This document shows, piece by piece, positions 37,049-38,980 of a stretch of 38,980 nucleotides of DNA; within the stretch, counting starts at the first letter, position 1; every line of letters starts with the position of its first letter. The translations under genes and the position numbers were made by a program. Where the stretch lies: NCBI GenBank assembly GCA_039803205.1, contig JBDRYB010000018.1:1-38980 (forward strand), read 5' to 3'. Origin of the DNA: a candidate division WOR-3 bacterium. Lineage in GTDB: Bacteria; Hydrothermota; Hydrothermia; JBDRYB01. The notes below the pieces were generated by a model, which saw only the letters and a list, made by a program, of their open reading frames with translations, was not told the origin of the DNA and did no database searches.

Positions 37049-38698
37049 TTAAGGTGCTCTTAGAAGGCTCATCCTCTCGTGAACCTCTTCTCCCCTGAGA
37101 ACCAGGACATAAACGCCTGGTTTCAAGGGTTTTGTATGGGTGATGGTTTTCTCTTTGGTCACGCCCTCATACACGAGCTCAATCCTCTTTCCCGTAAAGT
37201 CATAGAGCGTGAGCTCAACCTCTCGTTCCTCAGGGAAGGAAAGGTTTATCCTGAACGCGCCCCTGAAAACCCTCGGTTCAACTGACATGAATCTCCGGGG
37301 CCCGGCCACTCTCTCGCTAACGGGAAGGGCCGCGGAATCCGCGTCAATAACCGCCATGTGGCAACTACCACCGGCAGTGAATATCTCGCCAAAGCCGTCC
37401 CCATCAAAATCGGCCATGAGGGGGGTTCCTGGCGTCCCTATGCTGGAACTAACGCCCGTGGGGAATTCCCAGAGCGCGAAACCGTCTTTCCTGATGGCAA
37501 GTATCCCGCGGTCAGCAGTTATTATTTCTTCCTGTCCATCGCCGTTCACATCAAAGATTTGAGGGACGATGTAGCTCATCACCCTCCAGAGACGAGAACC
37601 ATCCTTGCCCTTGAGTGCCACGGTATACTCGGAGTAGCCCCAATAACTATTGATAAGCACATCCATAGCCCCGTCATCATTCAGGTCGCAAAGGGATGGG
37701 GAACCCTGTATGACAGAATCGTATGTCCACAGCAGGTTACCGGAAGCGTCAAATGCCCAGAGGCTAGTTCCAGGAGTAGGGGTCGCGGAAGTAGGTCCTG
37801 TTCTGGGTATAAGAAGATCAGGCACACCATTTCCAGTGAGGTCCCCGAAGATCGGCACATCCTTGAATGTGGAATCAGGCCTGAGCTGGACGGACCATCT
37901 GAGGGTGCCATCATGATCTATACAGATCACGAACCCCTTGTAAGAGACCATGGCTATTTCAAGGTCTCCATCTCCGTCTATATCAGCGGCCGCTGGAGGC
38001 GCCACGAAGTAGTGATCCCCGTAGGTTCTTTTCCACTCAAGGGTGTAAGCGTCCGAACCCTGGGCCTTGAAGCAGAAAACCGTGTCCCCAACATAAGGGG
38101 CACCGAAGTAATTTTCCCTCGTCGCTGAACCCGTAATTATCTCTATTTTGCCATCCCCGTCAAGATCGCACGCGAGGGGACTTGCAATGTATGCGGTTGC
38201 ACCAGGGGGAGCGGCTGCGCTGTCAACGAGCCGGTAGCAGAACTCTATGGCATTCCAGGAGGGATCCGGTCCAACCCTGAGCACAAAAAGCCTCCCTTGA
38301 CAGGTATAGACCGTCACCTCTTTTTCGCCGTCTCCGTCAAAATCACCGGCCACAGGAGGGTTTGGGGTTCCCGTGTAATCGCCAAAGAAGAAGGGGAAGG
38401 CCCACCTATCCAGGCCATCGTTCACCCAGAGTGCGCCCGGGGTCCCCTCTATACTGTCCTTTATAGGGAGGGCAAAAATGATGTCCCAGACGCCATCCTG
38501 ATTGACATCTATGATGCAGGGGGCTGAAGGAAGAGGCCCATAGGAATAGGCGCCATCCCACCATCTCACATAGAATATGCTCGTGTCCGTGAAGTTGCCC
38601 ACAGCCGGCGCGCGCCCCGTCCTCGCAGGATCATACTTATACATGGGCCAATCCCCAGGAGCCCACTGGGCCATGATCAAAAGAGTCAGCCAATTCAT
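37049..38698 (-). CDS. Secreted FG-GAP/PQQ-like repeat protein with T9SS-type CTD
   Basis: WPMYKYDPARTG N-terminal motif, multiple DxDGDG motifs and CTD LYDFTGKRI...LKPGVYVLVL; AAGGAGG SD. Confidence 0.88.
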   Translation of the reverse strand: MNWLTLLIMAQWAPGDWPMYKYDPARTGRAPAVGNFTDTSIFYVRWWDGAYSYGPLPSAPCIIDVNQDGVWDIIFALPIKDSIEGTPGALWVNDGLDRWAFPFFFGDYTGTPNPPVAGDFDGDGEKEVTVYTCQGRLFVLRVGPDPSWNAIEFCYRLVDSAAAPPGATAYIASPLACDLDGDGKIEIITGSATRENYFGAPYVGDTVFCFKAQGSDAYTLEWKRTYGDHYFVAPPAAADIDGDGDLEIAMVSYKGFVICIDHDGTLRWSVQLRPDSTFKDVPIFGDLTGNGVPDLLIPRTGPTSATPTPGTSLWAFDASGNLLWTYDSVIQGSPSLCDLNDDGAMDVLINSYWGYSEYTVALKGKDGSRLWRVMSYIVPQIFDVNGDGQEEIITADRGILAIRKDGFALWEFPTGVSSSIGTPGTPLMADFDGDGFGEIFTAGGSCHMAVIDADSAALPVSERVAGPRRFMSVEPRVFRGAFRINLSFPEEREVELTLYDFTGKRIELVYEGVTKEKTITHTKPLKPGVYVLVLRGEEVHERMSLLRAP

Positions 38699-38905
38699 CC
38701 TATTCCTCCTTTGTGTCCCCAACAATAGTAAAGCAAGGGCAGGGGGGATTGCAAACGCGAGGAGGACTTACCCGACCCACTTTCAACCCCTTCTAAGCTG
38801 ATATGACCCACCTTAATTCCCCCATAAGTTCTTCTCCGGCAAGAGCTTAGACACAAATGCCGATGGCCCAAGGACTTAACTTAGATTTGCTGAATTGAGG
38901 AGGAT

Positions 38906-38951
38906 TATAATATACCCCGGCCTCTGATACCATAAACCAGGCCGGGGGAGG
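38906..38951 (+). promoter_or_regulatory. -10 element, 5' hairpin and SD of the next gene
   Basis: TATAAT at 38906-38911, stem CCCCGGCCT (38915-38923)/AGGCCGGGG (38939-38947) running into GGAGGT. Confidence 0.55.
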
Positions 38952-38956
38952 TAAAT

Positions 38957-38980
38957 ATGACCTTCCTTAACGAAAAGCTT
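38957..38980 (+). CDS. Start of a gene truncated by the window end (MTFLNEKL...)
   Basis: ATG preceded by a GGAGGT SD and a TATAAT; frame is open to the window edge. Confidence 0.5.

Noticed and set aside
38700..38900. CRISPR-like CTTTCAA-starting sequence
   Set aside because: Single occurrence with no repeat-spacer periodicity and no cas genes.
1..38980. tRNA, rRNA or known riboswitch
   Set aside because: No cloverleaf, T-loop or riboswitch consensus was recognised in the intergenic gaps; a tRNAscan-SE/Infernal run would be decisive.

Overview
Bacterial chromosomal window from a diderm organism. The gene mix suggests an anaerobic peptide fermenter, possibly an FCB-related lineage such as WOR-3 (inference from protein style only). 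Housekeeping and metabolic genes are an MsbA-like ABC exporter, lpdA, an iorA-iorB-hypC-hypE operon, nnr, an orphan amino-methyltransferase coupled to dtd, a PutP-like symporter, a PAP2 phosphatase, a parA-parB-porV-like-accA operon and a DUF58/BatA/LolA-like cluster. Six exported beta-propeller, FG-GAP or other proteins end in type IX secretion (T9SS)-like C-terminal domains; one is a ~1580-codon gene split by a single-base frameshift. Two window-wide patterns stand out. (1) Many exported proteins have ultra-short, uncharged hydrophobic N-termini, often ending in Gln, instead of canonical signal peptides. (2) About eleven genes have a -10 hexamer only 6-10 nt before the start codon and no SD, suggesting leaderless mRNA, whereas the T9SS-cargo genes carry SD sites. 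Also present are an unannotated 30-aa membrane peptide coupled to the symporter, a deleted paralog sharing a 57-bp identical CTD segment with its neighbour, a frameshifted lipoprotein and two probable IS remnants. No rRNA, tRNA, CRISPR array or reverse transcriptase was seen.
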